Shown here: positions 24,737-38,540 of the stretch, piece by piece | Layout: every line of letters starts with the position of its first letter | Position numbering within the stretch: the stretch's first letter is position 1 | NCBI GenBank assembly: GCA_010356995.1 | Contig: ML996697.1 | Span: 430,153 to 494,152 of the forward strand | DNA: 64,000 bases | Source: Trichodelitschia bisporula | Lineage: Eukaryota | Direction of reading: 5' to 3' | Program-made: the position numbers and the translations under genes | Notes under the pieces: model-generated | What the model saw: only the letters and a program-made list of their open reading frames with translations | Told to the model about the DNA's origin: nothing | Databases searched by the model: none

Positions 24737-24770
24737 ACGCGCGACGCGTCTTAGTTGCCCAAACGACGCG
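24737..24770. promoter_or_regulatory. MCB (MluI cell-cycle box) cluster upstream of PRI2
   Basis: ACGCGT at 24744-24749 flanked by two ACGCG cores, ~70-100 bp upstream of a DNA-replication gene. Confidence 0.6.
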
Positions 24771-24836
24771 CTTCCTTAATTGAACTTTGTCCTTCAACAA
24801 ACCTCCGCACCACCCCCTCCGAATCACCACGACAAG

Positions 24837-26424
24837 ATGCTGCGATCAGAGCACTCACGTATTGACCCGAAGCGGCGCACCGTCTTAGACCCGAAGAAAC
24901 GCCAATTCGCGCAGCCTCTCTACAAAGATCAGGAGTACAATTTTCGCCTCAATCTGTACACGGTTCCCCCCACGGCTGAGATCACGCTCGAGGAGTTTGA
25001 AGAATGGGCGATCGCGAGGCTAAAGAGTGAGAATAGCCTGTATGCGCTTTAACCCATTTCTGACGAGCCAGTCCTCTCCGAACTCGAGACCTGTGCGTTC
25101 CGCAATCGCAATGGCGAAGAAACACTTGCATACATGACGCCCCTCCTCGACAAGAATCTTCCATTACATGCCAATAGGACCAACTCCTCGGAGTTGCAGG
25201 CCGAGCGCAAGAAAGATCATTATTCGCATTTCATCCTGCGGCTCGCTTTCTCTTCAACGGAAGACCTACGGCGGCGCTTCTCCCGCCTGGAAACCGCACT
25301 ATTCCGACTTCGATGGCGCACCGACAATGTAGTCGAACGCCAGGAGTTTACTAACAGTCTGGATTTCAACTGGGAGATGGTGGATGATAAAGAGAAGGTC
25401 GAGATGGCCGATGAGCTTCGGGTGATGACAGAGCTTGCTGGTCGCAAGGCTGAAGATGGGTGGTTCAAGGTGGAATGGGAGCGTGTGCCTGAACTGGTTG
25501 AGCAGCGTAAAGTGCTCATCAAGCGGGGAGTTGCCTATGTCCCGGTACGGGAGCAGATGAGTCTTGTGGTCACTGAGTTTACGAAGCGACTTGACATTGC
25601 TCTCGAAGTGAGTAGTTCCTTAAGCCCCTCGCGGTTCGGACTAACAGCCATAGCAAACTGCCCGGGCTCTTCCTCGTCTGGACGAAGACGACCGCCTCTC
25701 TCCCATTCTGGCTCACCTCTCGCAATCCTTCACAGCCCCTGACGCAACCTACGACACGTCTTCCACTCCCTCCAGCCTGCACCCCACAGCAAATAACATA
25801 GACCAGTTGGCAGGGCACTTCCCGCTATGCATGTCAAATCTACACACGACGCTACGGCAGACCGGGCATCTAAAGCACTTCGGGCGGCTGCAATACACGC
25901 TATTCCTCAAAGGCATGGGCCTGAGTCTCGAAGACTGCATCGCTTTCTGGCGGCGCAGTTTCCGCGGCATGACAGACGACAAGTTCAACAAGGAATACAA
26001 ATACAACATCCGCCACGCATACGGCGAAGTCGGCGGTGACGCCAACCGCCGCGGACGCGGGTACTCGCCCTACTCATGCCAAAAACTGCTTACAGAGGCG
26101 TTGCCGAGTGTAGGGCAGACTCATGGCTGCCCGTATCGCAGCTTTACGGCCGACAACCTTGTTGCACTGCTGCAGAATACGGGCGTGCGGGATGGCGAGG
26201 TGCTAAATGGGGTGAGGGAGGACCTGGCGCGGCAACGGTACCACGTCGCGTGCAATCGCATTTTTGAACACACCCACAAGAAAGAGATCAAGAGGGTCAA
26301 GGATGATGGGCTTTGGGGCCCGGCGGAGCTGGATACGATTCTGCATCCCAATACCTACTTCAAGCGGAGCTTCATGCTGAAGCACCTTGACGCTGAGAAG
26401 GAGGCTGCGAAGGCGGAGGGTTAG
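24837..26424 (+). CDS. PRI2: DNA primase large subunit (p58)
   Basis: Motifs PPTAEITLEEFEEWA, RKKDHYSHFILRLAF, HFPLCM, HLKHFGRLQYTLFLKGMG, YNIRHAYG, PYSCQK, HGCPY, HPNTYF. Introns 25027-25071 and 25608-25653. Confidence 0.97.
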
Positions 26425-26776
26425 AGCAACTCTGGCTTTTGGCATGTCAATACGGCGTTGAGTGTGGGTAGTTTCGTGGACAGCATTTGGCGGAATGAAT
26501 GATTGCAAGGCTTGTAATGTCAGAAACGGAAGTTCGATAGGCTTGTGAAGATTCCAGACTTCGAAAGGCTGACATGGCCAACGAACTCCACGTGACATAA
26601 CCCCAGGCGCTAAAAACGTGGGGGGAACTCATGCTAACAGCCGAGGCTCTTCTCTATCGAACGTCTGTAACTCCATGGGATACGCGATGTAACCACAACA
26701 TTCCAGATCGCCAGGCACATATCTGGACTTTTAAACACAGATCAAACTCCAAACCTAGTCGGATCCAACCGCCAGC

Positions 26777-27335
26777 ATGTCCAGCGACGACAGTGACGCG
26801 TCCACGCTCACGCCCTTCGAGCGCATCAAGGCGTTCTGGGAATTTGTGCACAAGGAGCGCAGCGAGGTATGGGTAGGCCTACGCAGGATACAAATGTAAT
26901 TAACGCGATCAGTTCTTCGACGCAGCAGTCAAAGACCACCTCCAACTAGTATCGGCGCACCTGGACCCGAATGACCGAAACATTGGCTACAGCACCTTCG
27001 AGTTTGTCGTTCCCCGCAGTCTGTGCAACCAGGGTGGGAATCTGCACGGTGGTGCCGTGGCGCTCATCTTCGACCTGTGCACGTCGATGACGGTTCCTGT
27101 GGTTGCCCGCGAGGGTTATTGGGATACCGGGCATGTTAGCCGCACACTTAATTGCTCGTATATGCGCCCTGCGCCTGAAGGCACGACAGTGGTGGTGGAG
27201 AGCGAGGTTGTACACTTGGGGAAGTCGCTTGGGATGTTGAGGGGCGTGATGAGAAGGAAGGATGACGGCGCGGTGTGCTATTCTTGCGAGCATCATAAGG
27301 CGAAAGTGGAGTGGCGGCCGCGGTTCAAGTTGTAA
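26777..27335 (+). CDS. PaaI/ACOT13-like hotdog-fold thioesterase
   Basis: NQGGNLHGGAVALIFD motif and VSRTLNCSYMRPA. Intron 26867-26912. Confidence 0.9.
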
Positions 27336-28139
27336 ATGGTATTTGTTTGTTTGATGCCTACATTCGTAGACTTGATAGAAACGGCTGGTCGCTTGATGTA
27401 TTTGAGTGTTCCTAGATTGGATCAATGGCAATTGCAAACGTTTGGCGTGGTCTGCGTGTGAGGTGGCCTGCCAGCGCTGGCGGATGCAGCTCGTGTGACT
27501 ACCCTTCTCCTTAGCCATTGCCTTGAATCGTGCTTGAGTTAGGGTAAGAGTTAGCGGCAGGTTCGCTCTGCTGAGGAAAGAGAGAGGAAGCCGTGCGCGT
27601 CTTCTGCTGGGTGCCTGATGCCTACGACTTTGCGGTTCACTCTCCTCGAGACGGTGTAAGAAACCCGACTTCGGCTACAAGCGGACGGACAGCCTAAGGG
27701 GCGACGGATCGTGAGTTGATATGCTTTCTACCTATTGGCTTTGCAGAACATGGGCGATTTGCCGATGACCACGTCCACGCGCAGGCGAGAATGTGCACTG
27801 GGTGGCTGACCGTCAGTGACAGAACAAAACATAGCGTATGGTGATATCAGGGAGGGCCAATTGGGCGGTAAGTGAATCGCAAGCATCTTTGATACTCGGC
27901 AAGGAGAAAACGATCGAAAACAATGAAGGTGGTGCAGCAACGGCAGTCGAGACGCAGTTGATGCCAACGTGAGAGCCATGGAAAGTGGCAGCTTGAGGTA
28001 CCTACAGCTTTCCCCCCTCCGAATGCCCACGCGTTGCCAAGACACACCATCCTGACTGCAGAGCATCAGCGACAAGCGCACTTGGTCCTTTACCTCCCTC
28101 GACAGCTTGCGCTCGCATATGAACATTCCGCCCATGAAC

Positions 28140-30295
28140 ATGGACCTCGATCACGAAGGAGGTTCGCCATGGGATGGTGAGGCTCGGAGCTCCGACTGAC
28201 GGAGATGTGGGGTGCTAACTGCTGCCTGGTAGATGAGCCGTCGCTCGCATCAACCACCAACCCTCCCGCCAGCGATGCGCCGTCCGGAACTACACTCGGT
28301 AAGGCATATCCGTGCCCCTCATATCAACTGCAACATCAGTGGTGCCTCTAGTGGTTGGCATCCGGGAGGTCGCGGAGGTGCTAGCTTGAGCCGCTGGATC
28401 CCCGAAATCACCTCAAGACACCACGTTCTCAACCTTCAGATATGCATCGCTCGCCCTCCGACCACCGGCTAATATCCTCTTTCACAGCTTCTCCTTCATC
28501 TAAGCCTGCCCCTTCAGCCTCCACCCCCGCGGCCACAACCTCCGCACCTTCCCGTTCTCGCCCCTCCCGCACCCCCAAGCGCTATGGCACGCAACCCACG
28601 CGCCTCGAAGCCGTAGACAGCACGCTCGGCCCCCTCGGCCCGCTAGGCGATGACTTCCCTACCGCAGAGCCTCTGGCTTCGCCCGGCCCTGCTCAGCGCA
28701 AGGAGCAAATAGCTCCAGGACCGCCACCTGGAAGCTCACAGTCGTCGCTGCGGGACATGATGCACTCGGTCGACCTGAACGACAATGGGGACGGCGACGA
28801 CGAGGACGGGCCGCCTCGGCCGCGGGTCCCGCCTCCGGTACAACCTCCGCAGGGCGACTTTCGAGAGCGTTCGGTTCAACCTAGCGTTAGCGTGGTTGAG
28901 GCGGCGAAGCCGAGCTTCCAGATTACGGTTGGAGATCCGCATAAAGTCGGAGATTTGACGAGTGCGCATACGGAGTACCAGGTCTATACCAAGGTGGGTT
29001 ACGTTGGCTTGATCCGGACGAAGCTGATTGGGATAAGACAACTTCGAAGGCGTACCGGAATCCCGAGTTTGTCGTCTCAAGACGGTTCAGGGATTTCTTG
29101 TGGCTGTACAACCAGCTTCATACCAACAATCCCGGCATTATTATACCGCCTCCGCCGGAGAAGCAGGCGGTCGGCCGGTTCAATGCGGATTTCGTGGAGT
29201 CGAGACGGCAGGCGCTGGAGCGTATGTTGAACAAGACAGCAGCTCATCCGACACTACAACATGATGGAGACCTGAAGCTCTTCCTCGAGAGCGAAAGCTT
29301 CAACGTCGATCTTAAGCACAGGGAGCGCAAGGAGCCGCTTGTAGGCGAATCCAAAGGCGTCTTCAGCTCGATCGGCATCGGCGCCAGCACAAACAAGTTC
29401 ATTGAACACGATGATGTACGTCACCTATTCTACGTGAAGGACGCGGACTAACCAACTCAGTGGTTCCACGACCGCAAAGTGTATCTCGACGTGCTTGAGA
29501 ACCAGCTCAAGGCACTCCAAAAGGCCGTCGACACGGTGATAGTGCAGCGCAAGTCGCTGGCCGAAGCATGCGGCGACTTCTCTGCCTCACTCCACACGCT
29601 CGCCGCCGTGGAACTCTCTTCGTCGCTCTCTGGTCCGCTCGACGGGCTCTCGGAGCTGCAGATGCGCATCCGCGAACTGTACGAGCGGCAGGCACAGCAG
29701 GACGTACTGACGCTTGGCATCGTGATTGATGAGTACATCCGACTGATTGGATCGTGCAAGATGGCGTTCGGCATGCGGCAGAAGAGCTACCAAGCGTGGC
29801 AGGCGGCACAGGCGGAGTTGGTCAAGAAGCGCACGACGCAGGAGAAGCTGCAGAAGCAGGGCCGTACACAGCAGGACCGGTTGGGACAGCTGTCAGCTGA
29901 AGTTAGCGATGCGGAGAAGAAGGCGCATCAGGGTCGGGTGCTGTTCGACGATATGGGCCGGATATTGAGGCAGGAGTTGGATCGGTTTGAGCGGGAGAAG
30001 GTCGAGGAGTTCAAGTCGGGGGTGGAGACGTATTTGGAGAGCGCAGTTGAGGCACAGAAGGAGGTGAGTTTCGCTTTTCTTTTCTTTTTTTGGGAGAAGT
30101 GTGTGGATTGAGGATGCTAACGCCGGACAGCTCATCGAAATCTGGGAAACGTATCTCATGCGCCTTGATGCCGAGGACGATGCCCCTTCCACCTCGCCCC
30201 AGCCTGCGCCGGCAAAGCAAGCGCCATCCGAGGCCGGTGAGAGGCCAGTGAGTCAGGGGACTGATGTGACGGGAGAGCATGAGAATGATGAGTAG
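28140..30295 (+). CDS. VPS5: Retromer sorting nexin Vps5 (PX-BAR)
   Basis: PX domain (ITVGDPHKVGDLTSAHTEY, RRFRDFLWLY, PPPPEKQAVGRF, ESRRQALERML) followed by a BAR coiled coil. Introns 28177-28232, 28299-28487, 28994-29037, 29416-29460 and 30064-30130. Confidence 0.95.
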
Positions 30296-32106
30296 TAACG
30301 GCGCCGGTGAGGCTTGGTGGGCGTGAGTATGGGCAGCAGATATCCGAGTGAGGAGAGGTCTAATGTACTTTAAGCACAGCTTATGGCATGAGGAGCGGTT
30401 TGAAGCGCGATGGCCTCGTTGACTTTGAGTACCGTAAGTGCGTTATTCCGAATGTGATACTACGCGTGACGGAGAGTATGGTAGAGAGATGGCTGATGAC
30501 GCTGCGGGATAGACTTGCCAGAGCGTTACCAAGGAAGCGAGCTCCCCAGCACCGCCTTTGTCCGCGGTTCTCGGCTGTGTTCCGTCCAATTCTGAATGCC
30601 AGCGTCACTTTGTAGTTACTTGGCGTTGCAAAGCGGACGAGAAGATACTTAGTTGGGCAAGGCTCGTCTCCAACATCCATCAACAAGCTTGGCCATGGAC
30701 GATTCTAGAACTAAATGGCAGTGAGCGAATGAGGTCGGACCCGGATCATCTTCCCCCCAAGAAACCGTGAATAGATCGGTTTCCGTGCCAACATCGAGTA
30801 CGTTGAAACGCGCCGTCTATTGTCCCCCCTCATGTTCTCCATTGGTTCTTACTGCTCTCCCAGCGCCGTCTTCCTGAAACTTCCACACCGCAAGCTTGAA
30901 CATGATATCCACCTCCCGTAACCCTATTCTTAATACCACTGTCTACTCTGCAACCTTCCACACCTAACTCCCTCCTTCCATAGCGTCCAATCAATTCCCT
31001 TGGGCACCGAATCGAGCAAGTGCCAGTCCGGGTACAATCATGCCCCAACCTCGACGCGTTCCTTCCACCCGCCGAGCGAACGATACCTCACAAATACCTT
31101 CTCCAAGTAAACAACGCGCTCTACCAAGCGTTTGTCGGTTTCGTGTTCCTACTACGGTCAATGGCTCTTGGTCAGCGCTTTTATTGCCTGGCGGCTTTCG
31201 TTTCTGTTTGAAGACTGGGCTAGATACTATATTCAATATCAGTTCTCGTACCAAACGATGGCGCTGGTCGCGTACTCCATATCTTCCAAGCAAGTGCACT
31301 CATTGACTTCCAGGCCGGGAGCGTGGCTCGAAGACAATGGAAGCCCACTGTAACTGTGGTCCATTGCTAACAAGCACGTTCACCAAAATCCGAAGGCATG
31401 TCATCACACAAGCACGACATCACTCAAGCACAGCCATCGAGGACAAGGTCATTCATATCTACCTCCATCCAGGCAACATCCAACCACGGGCCTACTCTAA
31501 TCCTCCACACAGAGAACAGCGAGAAAGCCAGGGCCTCCACGCGGGAGAGAAAACGCTACCAATGATGACAGAAGTAATGAACCTCCCAAGCCCGAATCAG
31601 AGTAGCTAATCAAAGTCGCAGACCACCACCCAGAAAGAGTACAAGAGTCGCAAGAACACGATGGAAGAAGTGGCGAAGCCTGCTCTGAGGAGAAACGCAG
31701 ACGACATCGCGTCCCTATCAGCAACCTCGCCTCATTCGGTTGATGGCTGAACCCGACTGCAAAATTTGGCAGATATCCGTCCGTCTCTATCCCACCGGAG
31801 CTGTACACGCTGAAAATCGAACCCCGCCGCCATTTATGAACCATGAAATCCCGCCCGCAAACGATGCCACTCGTGGATATCAAACGCCAAGCTCAACCTA
31901 GAGCCGAAGATCGTCATTCATAAAACGCCGTCATGCCCAGATGCCGCAGAGAACAAACACACCCGCAAAGACTAAGAATATGGGTCGCACATAACTGGGT
32001 TAAGACGAAGACCGCAATTCATCTCCGAAAACCTGCACTGTAGTTCAATCACTCCAGGAAGGCCACAGGCTCAACCTTTCCTGAAGGAAGTGTTGCCGAA
32101 ACAACA

Positions 32107-33988
32107 CTAGCGGATGACCGACAAGTTCTCCAAGGAGCCGAGACCGGTGGTGGTGTCGCGCTTTTTGAAAGCGTGCCAGAACCGAAGAGTTTCATCACCA
32201 GCGCCAGTCACGATGACTTGGCCATCCGGACTCATGGCGAGGTAGAGAACACGGAAGGTGTGGCCGGTCAGCGATGCCACCTGCTGCATGGTGGGGTAGC
32301 GCCAAATGACGATCTGGTTCTGGACGAAACCATGGGTGCTCACAAGCTCGTTGGAGTTGATCGACCACGCCAAGTTACAGACCTGCGAGCCGGTGTCGAT
32401 CGAGTTGAGCAGATTGGCGGGCAATGACGACCGATGAGAAGCGGCCAAAGCACTCGACGACTGATCCGAGAGCAGGGTGTCCCAGAACTTGATGGTCTTA
32501 TCCTGGGTTCCGCCACCAGACGCGAGAAGGCCACGCTGATGAGGGTTCCAGGCAATAGCTTTTACGGCAGCCCTATGCGAGTTGAACTTGTACGTGGGTT
32601 GGTCATTGAGGCGATCCCAGACCATCAGCATGTTGTCATTCCCGCCGGTCGCAAGCTGCTGCGTATCTGTGTTCCACTTGAGACCACATATCTCTTGCTT
32701 GTGAGCAGTGAGCTTCGTAATCCACTGAGTCGGAGAGCGCACATCCCGATGATAGATGGTACGATCACGGGACCCGGAAGTCAAGATGTGGTCGTTCCAC
32801 GCGAGAGCGCCAACCCGGTTGGTGTGGCCGGTCATCGTACGAAGCCGACGCTGAGCCTGCGCATCCCATATCTGAACGTAACCACGGGTCGTACCGATGG
32901 CGAGATGGGTTCCCTAGTTCAATCAGCACATTGCTCGTCAAATCATTTTTCCAGTTAACTTACACGCTGAATCCAGTTGACACTCGTAATCGTGTCATCG
33001 TTGAACTCGCAGAGCTTCTGAACCCGACCAGTCTCCGACGTCCAGGTGTACACACAATTTCCCAGACCGACACCAAGGACATTGTGCTTGCCCCAGTCAA
33101 CGAGGTTGAGGTAGAAGTCATCGGCCAGGTCAGGAGCGTCCAAGACCTTGTACGGGACCTTGCTAATCGGCCGATTTGGCTTGGCCGGTGTGAGAAGGAG
33201 CTGCTGAGAGTTCTTCTTGATAGGCGAAAGGCTGTAAATCTGCGCCTCAGGATCCATGTTGATGCCACGACGGGAGTTGGGCGTCCTGGACTTGGAGTGA
33301 GGGGTGACATGGCCGGCAGGCTGAACCATCTGCGCGAACGAGAAGATGTTCTTTGTAGGGGTAGATGGGGTCAGGGCAGGCCCATGAATGCTCGGGAACC
33401 CGCGAGGAGTGGACAAGGCAGGCTCAGCTACAATGCCGTCGTCGAAGATCTGACGCTGCAGCACATTACGATACGTCTCGTCCGCAGCGGCCACTGCTGA
33501 TCGTTAGCGCCACGAGTCCACGAGCTACTTTCGACATCACATACTGGACTGAAAATCGACATCTGAGCTGACATGGCGCTTCTTGCGCGGAGTCGTTGGC
33601 TGGTCCAAGAGATTAAATTGAGCCGCGATGTCATCAACCCGGTTCGGGATGTAGCTGAATGCAGTTAGCAAGAGGCGTTAAACTCGAGGCTCGCCGGGGT
33701 GGTTACTTACCGATCGCCAGTGATACGAGCACGCTTCCGCGTAGGGCTCCGATGAGGATTGGTCTCGATAGATTGAGCGGGACGACCTTCGCCCTCGGTC
33801 GGCGCCTGGGCGTTGTGGGACGGCTGAGCCACGTTGGAGCGGTTCGAATCCAACAACGTCCGATTGCCTTCGCCAGTGACAGGTGTACGAGCGCGCATGG
33901 TAGACGAGCCCGGAGTTGTCATCCGGCCGGAGCGAGCGGAGTTTGATGGAGCGGCCTCTGAGTCCATCTTGCGCTTTTCCTGCGTCAT
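32107..33988 (-). CDS. CDH1: APC/C activator Cdh1/Fzr (WD40)
   Basis: C-box DRYIPNR across intron 33655-33710, YSLSPI, PYKVLDAPDLADDFYLNLVDW, ASGGGT, RVLYLAMSPDG and a C-terminal IR tail. Other introns 33497-33544 and 32914-32963. Confidence 0.92.
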
Positions 33989-35523
33989 GTTGTCGACTTA
34001 GGGCTGGCGCAAGTGTTGACGTCCGGTTTCTTGCTAGAGGCTGATGCTGTGGTTGAAATGCTGACGTGGAGATGCGGTGCAGAGATCAACTGTGTGGTTG
34101 CGCAGTTGAACGAAAGAGCTGCAACTCCTGGTTGCAAGGGGAATTTGGTGGTCACTGGCAGTTCACTGGCACTGTCGTGTGAACGGGAGACCCCCCTCTG
34201 AAGTGATAAACGTATATCCTGGAGAGTTGGGTATCCGGGATAGTTGCGCAGTTTACGGAAGAGCTGCAACTCTTTGTCGCAAGCGGAAGTTGGCGGACAC
34301 TGGCAGGTATATGCGCACTGTCGTGTGAAAGGGATATGCCCTTCTGGAGGGACGAGCGGATATCCTGGATAGTTGCGGGTTCAGGTTGAACTGCGCAACC
34401 GAGCGTGGGTCGCGGGCGCTTGCTTGCTTGCGATAACCCTCCGGAAATTGGACAAAGGGGGACAGATTAGGGGACGTCGCGCGCAAGAGGGCTCCAACGT
34501 AAGGAGTGCTGTCTCTATTGCATCGGTGCGAAGGGAGGTGGGACGTGAGGAGAGGGTAGAGGTTGGGTGGGATGTGGTGTTGATGAGGGTCGAGGGTGAG
34601 GTGGTGTTGTTGTGGTTTGAAGGGCTACAGGGCGAAGTGGAGACTTGGACGCGCGAGGTTCAAGCTGTTCCGTCACGTCGAAGGGTTCGCTTGACGGCTT
34701 GAGCACCTTGGCGCTAGTCCCAATTAGTAAGACTCTGGGACGCACCACACACTCTTTTTTGTTTTGGTTCCTACACGCGCTCAACTGCTGACTGATTGGC
34801 TCACGACGCCTGGTCGAGCAGCCCCAGAAGCCTTTTCTTCCACTGGAGAGTCCGGGGGCTTGCGGAGAGAAACGCTAGACGTGGTTCCGTTGTTGTCGTC
34901 CAGGAGGCCACTCCCTGTCCGTCCGTATTGTGTACTTGAAAGTCACTGCTGGATGTCGAAGTGTTGTTGTTGCGGTGTGCTTTTCTTTTGGTTTCGCTAA
35001 TTTGCAGCTATCCTGCCAGCAAGTACGGTGGTATCACCTTCGCATTCACCCTCATGATTCCTTCCTCAGTTTTATCTCGACGGGCGGGTGAAAGGCTACG
35101 AAGAGTTAATAACGCTTCGGCCCAAGTCAAGCATGTCTCTCGGGAACCGAACACAGTGGGGGAGTGGGGAAAGGTCCCGGCGCGTGTAACGCTAGTATAG
35201 CCGGCCATATACAGCCGCTTGCAACCCCAAACGCTCAACGGCGGGGCATGTTGTCTCGCAATGTACCCGGCGTTTCTTCTGCCAGTGGTGTCATGCTCCC
35301 GATTGCTCTTCTGTCTGTCTTCTGAGTGCTCGGGTTGACGCGCCATACACGCTCGTCTGACACATCTTCTGGCATGGCCTTTGAGCTCGCGTCACTGGTT
35401 GCAGGTGAGACGCGGGTGCTTGTTTACATTTTTGCAAATTTCGGATCGTTCATTGTCCATCAGCGCTCCTATGTACTTGCCCGTCGGTCGCCAGCTGCCA
35501 TTGGGAAGCTTCTGCGAGGCTGT

Positions 35524-35590
35524 TGACGGCATGCAGCTTCAGCTGACGGCATGCAGCTTCAGCTGACGGCATGCAGCTTCAGCTGCCGGC
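35524..35590. repeat. 20-bp tandem repeat (TGACGGCATGCAGCTTCAGC) x3
   Basis: Three perfect copies plus a partial copy. Confidence 0.95.
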
Positions 35591-35989
35591 AGGGCCAATT
35601 GAGTCCCATGAGTTCGGTGATGAAAACTGGTTTAAAGTGCCCCTCTCTCGCACACTTCTGATCAGTCCACCCCCGCCCTTCCACAGATTCTCATCGTATT
35701 TCCCCTCAAAGTGGCGCTGGACCTGCAGCTGAGCCTTGACCCCCCGCATTCCCAGAGCTCAGCTGTCCGCCTTGGCAGGGCAGGCACGGGCAGGAACGGG
35801 CGATGGTGATCTCCATGGCTATCTTGATGTCCATGATGACGCAAATCCACAGACGAGTATTCTTCTCGGCCGCCCATCTCCAAATTTCACTAACAACCTG
35901 ATCGCGCAGAGGTTGAAAAGCGCGAGCACGATTGTTTGAGCAATCAACCCTCGAGCTCTTCAGCCGTCAAAATAATAACAAAGACTTTG

Positions 35990-36005
35990 ACGCGTCGAAA
36001 CGCGT
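35990..36005. promoter_or_regulatory. Paired MCB boxes in the divergent CDH1/aminopeptidase intergenic region
   Basis: ACGCGT at 35990-35995 and 36000-36005. Confidence 0.5.
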
Positions 36006-36191
36006 GCAATGTTTTGAATGCACGCGGCAGGGGCTGCTTTGATATCCCGCCTTATCGTCCCTCCGATCCTGCCCTGTGATGGGTGAACTTTTTTCCGACG
36101 GTAACCGATTCAGACGTACATGCAGGCGGGAACGGCACGGTCTGGGACCAGCGTGATTGCCAGGTTCCCCTCCAATTGATAGAGTATTCTC

Positions 36192-37943
36192 ATGTCAAAG
36201 CCCCTCTTTGCTGCTCGAACATCACGAGTTTTCTTTGTGTCCGTTTTTGCTGCGCCTGCTCGTCCACGGAAGTCACATTTTACCGCTACTCTCTTTGTCA
36301 CTCGCCCCGCCTTCCGAGCCATGTCGTCACCCAGCAAGTCCAGCGTCCAGGAGGCTGAAGGCTTCCTCGACTTTGTCGACGCCTCTCCCACTCGTATGCT
36401 TGCTCCGGAGGCATCTTTACAAAATTCTAGAGCTCACCACCTCCGCAGCTTTCCATGCCGTTCGTTCCGCGAAGGCCATTCTTGATGAAGCGGGCTTCAA
36501 GCAGATAAAGGTATGTACCATGTACCTATACTTTCCGTGCCTGAGACCCAGTAGGAACGTGATGCATGGTCCTCGTCTCTCGTCCCCGGCGGCAAGTACT
36601 ACTTGACGCGCAATGCGTCGTCCATTGTCGCCTTCGCCATCGGTTCCAAGTGGAAGGCCGGCAACCCAATCGCCATGATTGGCGCCCACACCGATTCTCC
36701 CTGTCTGCGCATCAAGCCCGTGTCCAAGAAGGAATCCGACGGTTTCATCCAGGTCGGCGTTGAGACGTACGGCGGCGGGCTGTGGCACACGTGGTTCGAC
36801 CGCGACCTCAGCATTGCGGGCCGCGTGATCGTCAAGTCCAAGGAGGGCAACTACGAACAGAAGCTCGTGAAGATTGACCGTCCGATCTTGCGCATTCCGA
36901 CGCTGGCTATCCATCTGGATCGCCAGGAGAACTTCCAGTTCAACAAGGAGACACAGCTGTTCCCCATTGCTGGCCTCGTTGCCGCCGAGCTCAACCGCCG
37001 AGGAAGCACCGACCTCGCTGATAAGCTCGACGAGGCCAAGCTCGGGGAGGACTTTTCACCTCTGCAGACTCCGTCGCAGCGTCACCACCCATATATCGTG
37101 GAGATCGTGGCCAAGGAAGCGGGCTGTTCGCCTTCCGATATTCTCGATTTTGAGCTTGTGCTCTACGATACGCAAAAGGCGGCTATTGGTGGCCTGAACG
37201 ATGAGCTTATCTTTTCAGCCCGCCTCGACAACCTAATGATGTCGTACTGCACAACACGTGCCCTGGTGTCCTCCCTCTCGGACAAAGACGCCCTGAAGAA
37301 TGACCAGACAATCCGGCTAATCGCGTGCTTCGACCACGAAGAAATCGGCTCCCGCACCGCCCAAGGCGCTGACTCGAATCTTCTCCCCGCCGTAATCCGG
37401 CGTCTGAGCGTGCTGAACCCAGCCTCACCCTCCGACTCCGATGCTTCCGAAGACGGTACCTCGACCGCCTACGAGCAAACCCTCGCAACCTCCTTCCTCA
37501 TCTCCGCCGACATGGCGCACTCGGTGCACCCCAACTACGCCGGCAAATACGAGTCGCACCACCGGCCGGAGATGAACAAGGGCGTGGTGATCAAGATCAA
37601 CGCCAACGCGCGATATGCCACCAACGCGCCTGGAATCGTGCTTTTGCAGGAAGTCGCGAAGCGCGCGCACAAGGTTGGCACGCCCGCTTGCGCGCAAGCG
37701 GATGAATCGGGTGTTCCGCTGCAGCTGTTTGTTGTCAGGAATGATAGCAGCTGTGGGAGTACGATTGGACCGATGCTCAGCGCTAAGCTGGGGGCGCGTA
37801 CGCTTGATCTTGGCAACGCGCAGCTGAGTATGCATTCTATCCGCGAGACGGGGGGCGTGTGGGATGTGGTTCATGCGGTGAGTTTGTTTGAGAGCTTCTT
37901 TAAGCATTATGATGGGCTGGAGAAGATGATTTTGGTGGACTAG
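36192..37943 (+). CDS. APE4: Aspartyl aminopeptidase (peptidase M18); second in-frame ATG at 36321
   Basis: Motifs SPTPFHAV, GAHTDSP, ETYGGGLWHTWFDRDL, IPTLAIHL, RLDNL, FDHEEIGS, SADMAHSVHPNY, CGSTIGP, LSMHSIRE. Introns 36394-36448 and 36511-36554. Confidence 0.95.
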
Positions 37944-38540
37944 GGATGGCTTGATGATGAGACGTGCAGCGCTGGACGTGGTTATGTCTCTTCAACAGGC
38001 TAACATACGCTGCTCTATATGATGACCATTATGAGGCGTTTATTTCGAGAGCTTGATGTCGTGTGTGCGTGCTGCATACGTGCATGGACGATGGAGGAGC
38101 TGGACTCGATTGCTTCGATGCCGATGGCTCGGCCTGTGTCTAACGCCCCGGCTCGTCCCGACCGAGACACGGGAGGTAAGTGCTCGGATAAGCCAGCCCC
38201 GGGATCTTTCCGCTTCATGCCTCCAGGTTTCGGCGCCACGAAGATACGGGTGATACAGGAAAACAATTATATGATGGAGCCGACAGGTATTCAACGAGGC
38301 ACCTACTGCTGCATGATAATTACCACTCACTACTCCCACTCCGCTCATTCAGCGGGTAGATCAGCGACCTTTTGGATGGGACGGCCCAGGGCTTTCCGGT
38401 CTGCGGCTGTGGTCCTTCGAGGTCAGAACCCTGTGCTCAGATACCTGAAACTAATCGCCAGCGCAAGATGTAGCGCTCAACTACCTCACCGAAGCGACCG
38501 CGATAGCAACAACACCTGGTCTTTCGAGCGTACCCGCACG

